This document shows, one piece after another, positions 1 to 12,151 of a stretch of DNA of 64,000 nt. Position numbers and translations under genes: made by a program. The notes beneath the pieces were generated by a model, which saw only the letters and a list, made by a program, of their open reading frames with translations, made no database searches and was not told the DNA's origin. This DNA is from Psammoneis japonica (Eukaryota), in contig QPGO01000044.1 of the NCBI GenBank assembly GCA_008632985.1, forward strand, positions 310,001-374,000, read 5' to 3'. The first letter of the stretch is position 1. Every line of letters begins with the position of its first letter.

Positions 1-310
1 ATAAAAATTTTTATTAAAATATTGGCTTATGTGAAATAAATTACCACGGATATTCGACACTACTTACGCCTAGTAGTTATTAAAATATCATATAGGCATG
101 TATATGATGATTATCCGTTATGCGTTGGGAACCTGATGCTCACAAAATCGCATGCGCCTCTTTCGTTTTAAATTGTGTGCTTGTCCTTCAATTCGATCAA
201 TCTTATTACATCAATCTTCGACCGAGCTTGTGACAGTGTTGGAAAAGCTGGAGCGAAGAACATCTACAAATCACTTGCTTGTCGCTAGCCTTCACAGTAG
301 AATACAAAGA

Positions 311-1705
311 ATGGCAACAGCTCCTTTCATAAAACTTCTTGGAATTGCGGTTGCCGTACTGTTGTTCTTGCAGTTATCCTCCTTCTCTACCCTACAGCGA
401 TTCCACGTGTTTGAAAGTAATCTCGTCCTAGATTCTCCGTCAGCATTGTCGTCGACGCCATCGTGGTATGCGGACGCAACGACGGTCCAGGAACAAACTA
501 CCGGAACCATTACGCTGCACAATGTGTGTGTTCAACGGCAACAACAAGCAGTGAAAATATTTTCCCATGGTCCGATATCGGGTCATAACGGAACGAACGC
601 TGGGCTTCCTGACAATGTTGAGAAACTAATGAAGAATCTCAACTTGGAACAATGGAAACTCCTTCATCAAAAACACAAGAATGGTTCATCATTGTCTACC
701 GTTACATATGTTCCTCAGGATACGATATGGATTGATCTGTGTCGCTACTGTACGAACGTTGGACATTGTCTTAATGATTTGACCTTTTCCATCTCGATGG
801 GCATGTTGAGCAAAAGCAACAGCAACATTGGCGAGACAGGTGCGACAATTACGAAGGCCCCATTCTATCCGCGATACATCTACGCAAACTCAACGTACAT
901 ACACTCAAATTGCTCTGGCAGCTGTTGTGCCATGTTGGACGAAAGATTTGGAATCATCGACAGGAATTCCATTGTCACCACCTCCCATGACGACGACATT
1001 ATTTGTTTTCGAAGTCTTGTCTTCCCCTATATGGAAAAGCTACGGCATCCTCCACCGACGATCGAAACCAACTTGGCTCTTCAGCAATTGCAAAATCGTG
1101 CCTTTGACCTGCTGCATCTAGAGTATCGACCCTGGACGTCGCCGTCAAATAATGAGGAAGCGCAACAACAAAGAAAAGGGCAACAGCAACTATTGCCAAC
1201 TTCAACAAAGAGACCAACCGTGCTTCTCTTTGATCGCTCGGATGCAACTTCAAGAGTTTTAGTCAACGCATCTGTCATCAAGCAGCAACTCGAGTTGCTG
1301 TATGATGTGCAAGTCGATTTATGGGGAAAAGACGAATGGAAACATCACGAAAAGAATGCAACTCGACAAGCTCAAATATTCAACTCGTACCAATATATTT
1401 TGAGTCCTCATGGTGCTCAGCTGGTCAACTTGATGCATTCACGTCCCGGCACCAAAGTGGTGGAAATTCAGTGTTCCACTGGCGGAAATCGTCGTTGGAT
1501 GTGGCACCAGCAATGGTTTGCGGACTGGGTAAAGCCTGAAAGCGTCGGAATTCATCTTCGAGTTTATCTCGAGATTGAGGGTTGCAAGGACGAGTATGGT
1601 AGAATTAGTCCTACCTATTCCCCCCCTCAGGTTTCAATCACCAACATTTCTGACCTAGTGGCAATAGCCGCAGAGCATTTTGAACTCCAAAGGAAGGAGT
1701 CGTAA
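311..1705 (+). CDS. Type II membrane glycosyltransferase, GT61/DUF563-like
   Basis: ATG 311 is followed by a TM anchor (LLGIAVAVLLFLQL). C-terminal motifs LLFDRSD..RVLVN and SPHGAQLVNLMHSRPGTKVVEI match the GT61 HGAxLxN...PG..VVE motif. The ORF is open from 152. Confidence 0.7.
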   Translation: MATAPFIKLLGIAVAVLLFLQLSSFSTLQRFHVFESNLVLDSPSALSSTPSWYADATTVQEQTTGTITLHNVCVQRQQQAVKIFSHGPISGHNGTNAGLPDNVEKLMKNLNLEQWKLLHQKHKNGSSLSTVTYVPQDTIWIDLCRYCTNVGHCLNDLTFSISMGMLSKSNSNIGETGATITKAPFYPRYIYANSTYIHSNCSGSCCAMLDERFGIIDRNSIVTTSHDDDIICFRSLVFPYMEKLRHPPPTIETNLALQQLQNRAFDLLHLEYRPWTSPSNNEEAQQQRKGQQQLLPTSTKRPTVLLFDRSDATSRVLVNASVIKQQLELLYDVQVDLWGKDEWKHHEKNATRQAQIFNSYQYILSPHGAQLVNLMHSRPGTKVVEIQCSTGGNRRWMWHQQWFADWVKPESVGIHLRVYLEIEGCKDEYGRISPTYSPPQVSITNISDLVAIAAEHFELQRKES

Positions 1706-2662
1706 ACTTGAACTTGGGACAGACGGACTAAGAATCGGTCATGGATCTTCGCGTCAGGGTGGCATAGGAAAAATCCACAGATTAGAGGATGTTGTGGGAG
1801 CGTTACAATGCTCGACTACCTGCTCGCGCTAATGAGATCAGAATGCGGAATGGCGTAATCGCAGCTTCCGGGGAATTGTCTTGGCGCATTGAGGGTGAAA
1901 ATTAGCTTGCCGTGATGCATCAACGTCTCCACCATCATAACAAGCATTACAGTTGGGTTCGTAGCACTTTAATCTACCTTGATCCACATTAGTATGCATT
2001 GATGTCACATTAGGACATGTCATGCCTCGATGCTCCCGGTTTCGTGAGGCAAAATCAGGATTTCTTTTGTTGCTGCGCTGTTGCCGGTTTGCGTCTTTGA
2101 CGTGTCAGGTTCGAAATTTGCTGAAAATTGACCTCTCCTCTCCCCCACTCTTCAACGTACGTGCGCTCCGAGATCCGGCCTCAAATAAAAGGAAAAATAG
2201 GATCGCGCTGTTCTCGAACAACGGCACATCGTTGCTTGTTCATGGTTGCACAAACATGAGACTCGTCACCACCAACAGGAAATGCGATGATTCCGTCTAT
2301 TGTCTTGTTGACACTCGTACCGGTACCTGATGCCAGCTCTGCTAAAGAGCATAGGGCCTCTCTAGCTAGCTAGCTCTACTACTAGCTAGAGAGGGCGGGC
2401 CTGAAGGAGAGTTGGATCTTGCTTGAAAACGCGATCTTTCGAAATTTTTGTATATATTTCTATTCATGACGTGATAAAAAATTTCCTGGATTTGCATTTC
2501 TCAACGCATCCATCGGCACGACCAAAAACACGACCACGACCAGCACCTCATCCGAATCAAATCAACAGCCTCAATAGTTTTCACAAAAGGGCTTTTTGTC
2601 CTCTCGTTGCTTTACAAACCAGACTGGCACAGACGTTTGTGCACAGTCGTTTGTGTTACTCA

Positions 2663-5600
2663 ATGGTGCTACTCAAAAAGCAGGTGAAGCAATTGGAATT
2701 TCGGTTGTGGTCGTGTTGCTTGTGGCGATAACAATTCAGTTCCGAATAAATCATCCTCGCAGTTCCTTCCCGGAGAAACCTGAAATTGTTAGTGCCGTAG
2801 CTTCCTCTCAAGCAAATGGATTCATTGCGACAAATGTGTTGATTAGTGGCGATTCATTGCGGTGGCACAGTATGCCCAGTACGAGTCCTCAATGGATCTA
2901 CGTTGAGTTTGAACGGGCCCAGCAAGTTCGTCAAATCGTGTTGGAGTGGAACGAGAATGCATTCGCTAAGAAATTTCGAGTCGAGAGTTCGAAGGGTGGA
3001 AAAGAATGGAAGTTTGAATATGAAGAACTTAACGGCTTTGGTGGAAAGGATGTCATTCACTTGAGTACACATGCAAAATACATAAAAGTGATTGGACTCG
3101 AGAGCGGCACAAAACGTGGATACTACTCATTGAACAACATACTGATTGAATCGGACAACGCTGTTGAAGAAGAGAAAATGCAAGTCTCACTGCCTACAGC
3201 TTCCCCACGTCGACGAGCTACGCAAGATAAGGCCACTCTTCCGGCTCTAGAATTTGTGGGGAACAACGGAAATCCACCGTCAGCTTTTCCTCTTGGTCTG
3301 TGCCAAGGAGACTGTGACCGAGACGAAGACTGCCAAGGGACATTGGTCTGTTTTCAGCGCGATGATGCCTTACCCAACCAAATCCCTGGATGTAGCGAGA
3401 CGGAAAGATTTAATTTCAACGATTTTGTAAGTTCCAATGCCTTGCTCCATTACTCTATGGTTTTGAATGTGTGTGCAGACTCACGTTTAGACTTTTTTGA
3501 TCCAATGACAGTGTTATTCTGGCGCATCTACTACTCCCACAGTAAATCCAGCCGCTTCGCCGACAGCAAACCCGACACTACTATTGACTGTCGATCCAAC
3601 AATAGCGCAAACATCGAGTCCGACTAATCTCCCAACGCCGTTGGCATCTCCAGACCCTACACCAGACCCTACACCTGCCATTACACCCAATCCAACACCA
3701 TCCACCTCGGCTCCGACGCCAACTACTCCGGCTCCAACAATAGAGGCCTCAACCGTTTTGACTTCCAACCCAACCATCGTGACAACGCCGAATCCGACAA
3801 ATCTTCCTACACCTTCGGCAACGTCAGACCCTACATCTGTCGTTACACCTACTCCGACGGCGTCAACCTCGGCTCCGACGGTACAACCTGTCGGAACTCT
3901 ACCAGCTCTAGACTTTGTAGGGAACAATAGAGTTCCGGCAATTGCGTTCCCTCTAGGCCTATGCGAAGGAGACTGTGACACAGATGACGATTGCCGAGGG
4001 TCGTTGGTGTGTTTTCAGCGTGATGAGGCTCTGCCCAACCAAATCCCTGGCTGTAGCGAGACTGGAAGATTTGGTAGGAACGATTTTGTAAGTGCCGATG
4101 CCTTGTGCTTGAATACGTGGTTTCAAATGCGAATGCAGACTCACGTTTAAAATTTTTGATCCAATGACAGTGCTATTCTGGAACATATCCTGCTCCTACG
4201 ACACCTGTCGTTACGCCTAATCCAACACTATCCACCTCGGCTCCGACGCCAGCTACCCCGGCTCCAACAATAGATGCATCAACCGTTTTGACTTCCAATC
4301 CAACCATTGTCACAACGCAGAATCCGACAACCGCCCCTACACCTTCGGCAACGTCAGACCCTACCCCTGTCGTTACACCTGCTCCAATGCCGTCAACCTC
4401 GGCTCCGACGGCACAGACAGTCGGAAATCTACCAGCTCTAAACTTTGTAGGGAACAATAGAGTTCCGGCAGTTGCATTCCCTCTAGGCCTGTGTGAAGGA
4501 GACTGTGACACAGATGAAGATTGCCAAGGGTCGTTGGTGTGTTTTCAGCGCGATGTGGCTTTACCCAACCAAATCCCTGGTTGTAGCGAGACGGGAAGAT
4601 TTGGTAGGAACGATTTTGTAAGTATTCTTTTGTTTGGATTTTGTAAGGACACCCATCGCTGTTCCTCTGAGGCGTTTGTAGTCTCTCTCCTGACTTGAAT
4701 CTTGTGTTTCTCGTCTTCCTTCACTATGTCATTATAGTGCTTCTCTGGCGTACGGTTGCTAACACCTCCAACTGCACAACCGACTCCGGGGCTACCAACT
4801 GTGCCGCCCACTGTAGGTCCTACTCCTCCTCCGGGCTCTCTTCCAATCACATACTTTCCAGGCGATTTATCTCTTCAAGATTTGGGATTTAAACTCTCTC
4901 GTGGATTGGAAATCCGCCAAATAGCAACCACTGGAAACCGCATTAGATTTCATAATGGCGCGTTGTCTGACCAAACCTTCCACAATCTCCCAGACGGAGC
5001 GGAATGCTATCCGCATCCCGACGGACCAAGCTCTGGCTTTGCCTATCTGACGAATTCTGAAGACGACGGAAATGGTGGTGTTCAAGGCATTTACTTTGAC
5101 AGTGCCGGAAACGTTATTGGACACAAGCAGCTTCTCTCAAATACGAGGAGAAATTGTGGTAGGGAACGCCTTCCTAAGCTTCTTGAAACTGTTTCCATCC
5201 CTTTTATTTCATGCATCCTTCCTTTCTTTCTCATTCTCGATGAATGTAGGGGCTGCAGGTACTCCATGGGGCTCGTTCATGAGCATGGAAGAATCAGGGA
5301 GAGGCCAAGGAATCTGGCAGGTTGATCCTTGGGAGAATCGCTCACCGGAGTTGACAGCTGTGGGTGACGGTCCCGATAGGTATGAGAGCTTTGCCTATGA
5401 CATGAGAGATCCCGCGAACCCAAAGTTTTTCTTTACAAATGATCGAGAAGATGGTCCGCTAGGAAGATTTATCCCGACGGCTTCTACCATCACCACTGAT
5501 CCCAATCAACAGTGGGACATGCTAAATGATCAAAATGGTGAACGACGATGGCTGGTACTCAACGATAACGGTACATTCCGCTGGTCCCAGAACAAGTCTA

Positions 5601-6064
5601 CTGGAGAGGCGTCTGCTCTAGCTAAATTTAAATTTGTGGAAGGGATTGAGCATCATGATGGTATTCTATATTTTGTCAGCAAGCGACAAAAGGAGTTGTT
5701 CATTCTTGATCTTGACCAAGAGCAATGGACAAAGACAACGACAACCAGTGGCAGCAACTTTCGAGGGACGCCCGACCAACTACGTTTCCAACGTGATACA
5801 CTACTCAGCGACCCAGATCATCCAATTCTCTATTTCACTGAAGAATCGAGCAGGAATGGAATTCATGCTCGCACCATCGATGGGAGGTGGTTCACTGTGG
5901 TAGAACAGACGTCCAGTAGCGGTGAAACGGCGGGTATCGCCTTCAGTCCCGATATGAAGTTTCTGATCTTTAGCGTACAACAGAGCGGAATTATTTATCA
6001 GGTATGGCGAACAGACGGGCGCTCCTTTGACGATGTTAATGCAGGAACAAGTTACGTTAGATAG
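2663..6064 (+). CDS. Membrane-anchored protein: TM + F5/8C (discoidin/CBM32-like) domain + 3 frustulin ACR repeats with Pro/Thr linkers + PhoX/DUF839-like beta-propeller; 5 exons
   Basis: Exons are about 2663-3426, 3512-4087, 4171-4617, 4738-5158 and 5250-6064, with GT..AG introns that keep the frame. Repeats read FPLGLC(Q/E)GDCDxDxDCxGxLVCFQR. PhoX-like motifs: PDG..YLTNSE..GGV, NCG|AAGTPWG..MEE, WQVDP, PDQL, ETAGIAFSPD. ATG 2663 needs one extra A in the A5 run at about 2675-2679 to join the TM frame. Confidence 0.8.
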
Positions 6065-6863
6065 ACTCTAGACCCACCAGAGGTGGTACAATGGCCAAGT
6101 AATTTCTGCCCACTCTTTCTTCAGGAAGTCGAATCGCCTGAGGTGTGCCTTGCGCCCATGCGTAGCGTGGATTCAAACTGTTCTCGCATTTTCGCCTTCT
6201 GTTCTTCCTAGCTTGTCGCCTTAGTTTTCTTCTGATACAGAGTCTCCACACGCTCTTTGCTGCTGCTTGAGCTGCTTTTCTTCGAGCTGTCAAGTTCGTT
6301 GTGCACCTCGACAAGACCAATTTCGGAGAGGAGACACTGCAACAATTTCCAAAAGTTTTTTTTTCTCATTCGTCCCAGCTGATACCTCCGTCAAACTCCT
6401 AGGGCGCCACATCCGCGAATAAGTGGTCCACGGGAGAACGGAACTCACCGTCTCAGCAGACTTCTTCTATTTGCGGTCCCGACAGCAGCACAGCCTGCAG
6501 CACAGCGTGACAATGTCTTCCTGCAAAAAAGGTGTAGCAGCTCGCTTTCTGTCAACTTCCGGCGCTGTCGTCAAGAAGAAACGAAAGGAGTACCCTTCCA
6601 TCATATTCCCTGACGTTATCAGGCCATAGTTCAGTCATCAGATAAGAATTTTAAGGGAGAAAGCCGCACTCGTTGCTACTAGCTAGAGCGGTTCATACGC
6701 TTTCCCGCATGGGTGCAGTGAGCAGCGCAGGAGTAAACAATCTGGAATGATGAAATACGCCGGAGACTCTTCTATGAATACCCGTTCTTTCCCGAATGAA
6801 ATAGAGAAATTACCACGAAGAATTTTGATTGCCGGCACAGCATGGAGAGCATGCTCGTATTGG

Positions 6864-8607
6864 ATGAAGTCTTGTATTCTTCTGGCGCTGATGAGCACCG
6901 CCGCGCAAGACACCGATAGCCTTCCTTGCACGCTTTGTTCGGGTGGGCAAGAAACGCCTCTTTTAGAAAAGCAACTCGACTCTGTGGACTGGCCAATTTC
7001 TGCCTCGAATTGCTCCGTGATGGATGATTACGCCAGATCGCTTCAAGCAGATTCGAACGAATGCAACAATGTGCAATCGATTGGTACCATCTGCGGCTGT
7101 CCTGTGCCGGAAGCTTCATGTAATCTGTGCCCTGAGGGTTCAATTACACTACCCCAGAAGAGGCTGCCTTTTCTCATGTCAGATTTTGGGGGAATTACCC
7201 CCACTTGCGAACTGTTTGTTTCTTTTCTACATTCAGTGCAATCCGATACTCGGAAATGCTCGGAAGCACAGGCGGTAGGCCCTGCCTGTGGCTGCCCAAT
7301 CGCTCCAGATGCATGTGACTGGTGTCAAGGCACCAATATTACGGCCCTTGATCATGAACCACCGCTTTTTAAAGCGAAAACGCGAGAATGGGTCATGGAG
7401 CCAAACACGTGTGAGCTTTTAGATTCTCTGGTGTATGCAAAAATTAAAGACAATGCTTTCAACTGTAAAGAAGTCCATGAGGTGGCTTTCCTCTGTGGGT
7501 GCAACACAGAGCTCTATCATCGCCAGAAAATTCTTGCATGGATGCCGCGAATTTCAGGAATTCTGTCCTTCCTTGTAAGTGCTCTTCGTCGTTCATGTAT
7601 CTTTTCTTTCTTCGAACCTCTAACGCACCGCTTCAACAACTACTGAAAACAGGGTTCGTCGTTCATCATTTATGATGTTTTGAGAAACCACGCTTCAAAA
7701 CTAACAGCGCAGCATGACGTGCTCCTCGGTATGAGCTTTGTCGACTGCTTGTCTTCTATTGCTTGGGCGCTCTCATCGCTTCCTATTCCAGCGGAGTACT
7801 GGCATTACGGGGCTAAAGGGACGGAAGCAACGTGCAAAGCTCAGGGTTTTTTCATTCAGCTTGGCTTGTCGGTGCCCTTTTTTAATCTTGCACTGGCAGT
7901 TTACTACCTATTGATCATTTCTTACGGACTAAGAGATGGTCAGGTAAAGAGATTTAGAGTCTTCTTTGTTGGCATACCTTTGGTGTGCGGTTTGGCTCTT
8001 GCATTTGCGGGGATCCCTTTTTACGGTTACAGTGTCACAATGTGTTATATTGATCATGATTATCGAAAGTTATTTCTTACAGTTCCGATTGCCACAGTGA
8101 TGGGCATTGCAACACTCTTGATGGTGAAGATATATGTTGATGTTTATCGTCAGGAAAAACGTTCTCGGCAATATAGTATGAGGTCGAGGGATCGTGTCAA
8201 TCTATCCAGGATTGTTTTTTTGGCAAGGCTTCTGGTACCTTGCGTGCTTTTATGTGTCGTGGCCTGTTGTCTTTGTTCTTGAGGCGGTTGAAATGGGCTT
8301 GTATCAACGATTTGGATTCCTTTGCTTTGCTCTCTTTGTCACTCCGCTACAGGGGTTTTTGAATTTCATCAATTACTCTCGACCTCGGATCCTCCGCTTT
8401 TGTAAGCAACGCTCTTGTTGTCGTCGTCGTGAGGACGGGGATCGCACACCCACTGCAACAGGACCTCAAGAGTCCACCAATGAAAGCAATGAAAATGGGG
8501 ATTGCGTCACCAGCGACTCAGCGATTGCTGAGACGGAACAAGCAAAGAAAAATAACAACGACTCGTCTATTCTGCAGCCCGGGGACATCGCTGTGACGGA
8601 TGCATGA
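6864..8607 (+). CDS. GPCR-like 7TM receptor (cAMP-receptor/Git3-like TM region) with Cys-rich extracellular repeats
   Basis: Signal peptide MKSCILLALMSTAAQ and three CxLC..TC..CGC repeats. An intron at 7575-7652 gives ILSFL|GSSFII. TM motifs LLGMSFVDCLSS, TCKAQGFFIQLG, LAVYYLL and PLQGFLNFINY. One extra T in the run at about 8215-8221 shifts the frame. Confidence 0.75.
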
Positions 8608-8922
8608 GGTAGCATATCTGGAATGAAAATAGAAATAAAACAATGCAGGGGGGCGCGGCTCATCCATCAAGGTCTCCAACACCAACAAGTTCATTGCGCA
8701 ATAGTCTTTCCATCCGGAAACGACAGCCTCTAGAGCAGGTTCAGGAAAGCTCATCGAAGATCTTCTCCAATGAATAATTCTCTACGGTATGAGCATACTA
8801 GAGAGTTGCTTTGTGAGTTCTTTATACACAAGGCTACTAATAGAGAGTCAACCGTGCCGTACTCACAAACGCGGCGAGGAATTGACAAACTGCTAGACAT
8901 GTAGTTTACGCAGTACGTAGGC

Positions 8923-11076
8923 TTAACTGCTACCCACATCACGAACAAAACCGCACTCGTACAACAAGACCTCGTTCTTGAAGCCCTTGAGATGCACCTT
9001 TTCAGCAAAAGATGTCTTCAAGTCGTCGTCTAGCTCAGGGGGCTCGGCAGTGGCCATGCCAATGTAGACACTACCGACTTTGGTCGCCGAGGCCACACGA
9101 GCAGCTCGGTTCACGAGTTTTCCGAAATAGTCAACTCTGCCGGAAGTCGGGTCCAACTGAAAATACTGGAACCTTCCCTCGTGCAGTCCAATCTTTAACG
9201 ATGATTTGAGATCGACTCCGTTAACAATTTCGTTTTTCCCACTGCGCTGCAATTTGAGACCGAACCGGACCGCGTCGGAAAGGTTGGCAAACGCAAGCAT
9301 ATTATCTTTGCACTGATATCCGCTCGATCCTTCAGTGACTGCTTCTCGTTCGATTGCCATTGCGAGTCTGCCTAGGATAGACTCTTGCTCTTCGGCCCCT
9401 TCCTTTGCCATGTACAAGAAGCAAATCGTAATCTTTTCGCCCTTTGGGGCGTCGTTGAACCCAGGCGTCAATTGCTGGTACTTGGACAAATTACGAAACT
9501 GACGTCCATGAACTTCCTTCCTGAAAATATTACAAACAAGCTTTTGAGAATTGGTGTTCTTGTAGTACCTCCTGTAGTCAAACGCAAGAATTTTCGGAAC
9601 CAGCTGGAACAAATGCACTTCAGCGAGTGCTGGCTTTGCCTCATTCAAGTGCCTCACGTTTTTTGTTTGGACAAAGAACAATCCTAAGTCAATGACTTGC
9701 GGCGACGATTCCAACTCATTTATATTGACACTTCGCCAAACTTCACTCGTGACAACAATCTGCCCTCCCTCCGCAAGACCCTCGACTTCCCTTGCAATGT
9801 AATACGTTTCACCCGAGTATTCAACTCGTCCGTGGCGAAGTGAGCTCCGGCGACATGTGACAGGTCCTTGATGAATACTCACACGGACACGCAGACCACG
9901 AAACATGCCTTTTCTGTCATTTGAGGCTTGGGGCAATGCCAACAGAGATTTGCTCCATGGTGCATTGTACAACTGCTCCTGCACTGCTAGAGCAAACTGT
10001 ACTGCATCCAAAGCCTCATGAAAAGCCACATGAAAGGCATCTCCTTCGGTTGCTACCTCGTATCCATGATTCGCTTTGATGCAGCCCCGCATGATTTCAT
10101 TGTGCAAGTTGAGCGCCTCGCCGTAGACTTCGTCACTGGCATCGCTCAAGGCAGTCGAATCTTGAATGTCGGTAAACACGAGCACTGCAAAACCCTCTGG
10201 AGGAGCATTCTTTTCACGGACACCGATTCCCGACCGAGACGCCCAAGGCTCAGACACTTCCAAGGGAGTTACTGCCGAACCGATCGAAGCTCGGTCAAGA
10301 TTAAGATCGAAGGGGCGTGCTTGAATATCCACAAATTCTGCCGACTGCGGCTTGCTCCAGCGCCCCAATGTAGCTGGAAAGCGATCTCGCAAACCCATTT
10401 TCTTACTGAACAGCAACTGGAACAGTCGCTTGTTCATTGTTGCCCTGCCTGGATAGTTTTGGAGCAGCTCTTGCCACTCGGATTGCTCTTGTTCCGTCAA
10501 GTCTTGGGAATAGTCGTAGTTGCAGTACGGTAACGTGCTGTCGAAATGATACTTGGAGTACCAATGCATGCCATACTGAGACCAGGTGGGAATCTTCATG
10601 CTGTACAAGGCTTGTGCGCGATCCATGGCGACGCCGAAACCAAGAATCTGTTCGATCCTTCTCAATTTGAACTTTCGGATGATCTCGTCTTCAAAGGCGT
10701 CCGCGGCCTGGGCCCCGTCCTTGTCGCGAACCTTGTTCCATAGGTCAACAAGTTCATAGATGAGTTTCAGAATTGTCTTTCGATCCTCATTGAGCGACAA
10801 TGAACTGGCATCGTTGTGGTTTCGAAGTGCCACGTAAACTCTTCGGGCCCATTCCTCGACATTTTGGCTTCCTTGACTGTAACGGAGACGTTGCAAACAG
10901 TCTGTGAACTGTGGTTCATTGTACTTGTTCACAAGTGTTCGCAGTTCGCTGGTAGCCCAATTCGAATCTTCGAGTGAATGAGTTGTACTTGCTGCGTTCA
11001 GTCCATCGAGTTCGCCTGAGTTCTGTTCCGAAGTTGCGGTGGCAGAATCTTCTGTCGCCCGGGCGGGAGTGCTCAT
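8923..11076 (-). CDS. Class III nucleotide (adenylate/guanylate) cyclase with two cyclase-like domains
   Basis: Domain 1: VFTDIQDST, EVATEGDAFHVAF, FRGLRVRVSIHQG, GGQIVV. Domain 2: LKIGLHEG..GRVDYFGKLVNRAARVAS. Likely ATG 11076; uninterrupted ORF. Confidence 0.85.
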   Translation of the reverse strand: MSTPARATEDSATATSEQNSGELDGLNAASTTHSLEDSNWATSELRTLVNKYNEPQFTDCLQRLRYSQGSQNVEEWARRVYVALRNHNDASSLSLNEDRKTILKLIYELVDLWNKVRDKDGAQAADAFEDEIIRKFKLRRIEQILGFGVAMDRAQALYSMKIPTWSQYGMHWYSKYHFDSTLPYCNYDYSQDLTEQEQSEWQELLQNYPGRATMNKRLFQLLFSKKMGLRDRFPATLGRWSKPQSAEFVDIQARPFDLNLDRASIGSAVTPLEVSEPWASRSGIGVREKNAPPEGFAVLVFTDIQDSTALSDASDEVYGEALNLHNEIMRGCIKANHGYEVATEGDAFHVAFHEALDAVQFALAVQEQLYNAPWSKSLLALPQASNDRKGMFRGLRVRVSIHQGPVTCRRSSLRHGRVEYSGETYYIAREVEGLAEGGQIVVTSEVWRSVNINELESSPQVIDLGLFFVQTKNVRHLNEAKPALAEVHLFQLVPKILAFDYRRYYKNTNSQKLVCNIFRKEVHGRQFRNLSKYQQLTPGFNDAPKGEKITICFLYMAKEGAEEQESILGRLAMAIEREAVTEGSSGYQCKDNMLAFANLSDAVRFGLKLQRSGKNEIVNGVDLKSSLKIGLHEGRFQYFQLDPTSGRVDYFGKLVNRAARVASATKVGSVYIGMATAEPPELDDDLKTSFAEKVHLKGFKNEVLLYECGFVRDVGSS

Positions 11077-12151
11077 GCTGCAGTGCTTTATAGGCAAGCT
11101 TATCACAATCCAGGTGAGCCTATAACACGCTCTCAGATACAGATGGAGGCAACTTGGATGTTCAGCTGGTCAGATGAGATGCGGCTGATCATCAACAGAT
11201 CTCATCAGATTGATGTGTTCATCTGTCGGTCAAATCTATTAATATCCGCGATTCCGCGATGTGTCTGGACAGCTACGGGTCACCCCCGCGTTTATCCTAG
11301 AATTACCGTTGCATTTGAATAAGATTTTTTATAGTGCTTATTTTTGAATACAACAATTATTCATAGTCACACCCGATCGCGCACGAAAACGAGAACCATC
11401 AACACCGCGATCGAAGCACGACGATGATGACAATCATCGACATTTCTCAAAAACGTAGCGTGCCGTCTATCAACTTTTCATGCATACACAATCTTTGATA
11501 CATAACAAACATAAAATAAATGAGAGTTGGTAGACGGACCACCTCCGTCACAGACTTATGGCTTGTTGTTTTCACCACGGTGAAGCACGGTGAAATTCAG
11601 GAAAAATCATGCAAAACACGAGCTATTCGACCGAATTCGAGCTAAAAAAAGTAGCGACTGACCCGCTGTAACAGCACCCAAAGAAATTCTGCCCACCTGT
11701 GCGTTTGCTGGCTTTGTCAGTGCAATTTCAACGTACAGAGCATGAAAAAGGTGTAGAGTCGTCTTCACCGAATTTGCCGAACACCCCATTCACACTGATT
11801 GACAGACTGTTCCAGTTCAAATCCTCTCTCTAGCTAGCCAGCTGCACACTTGATTGTTCGGACAGAAGCTGTCCAGACAAGCCCCCCTGGGTTGCTCACA
11901 GTTCACAGGTCACATGCCCGCTGTGTGCTGGGCACACAAAATGTGCCAGAGGACACCGGAACACACCCTGTGCATGCACAACCCTGGCACATTGTCTGTC
12001 TGAATTCTTGGTGAGAGTCCATGTTGTGACCCTGGCATGCAATGCATGTGTCATGCATGGTGGAGAGAGTGTTGCTGGTGTTGTGTGGCCAGCTGAGCCA
12101 CGGGCATGTGCGCACGCAACAACTGTCCTCTCTGTTGCCATTCACACACAA

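Noticed and set aside
3514..4511. Minus-strand Gly/Val-rich ORFs
   Set aside because: Antisense shadows of the Pro/Thr linker exons.
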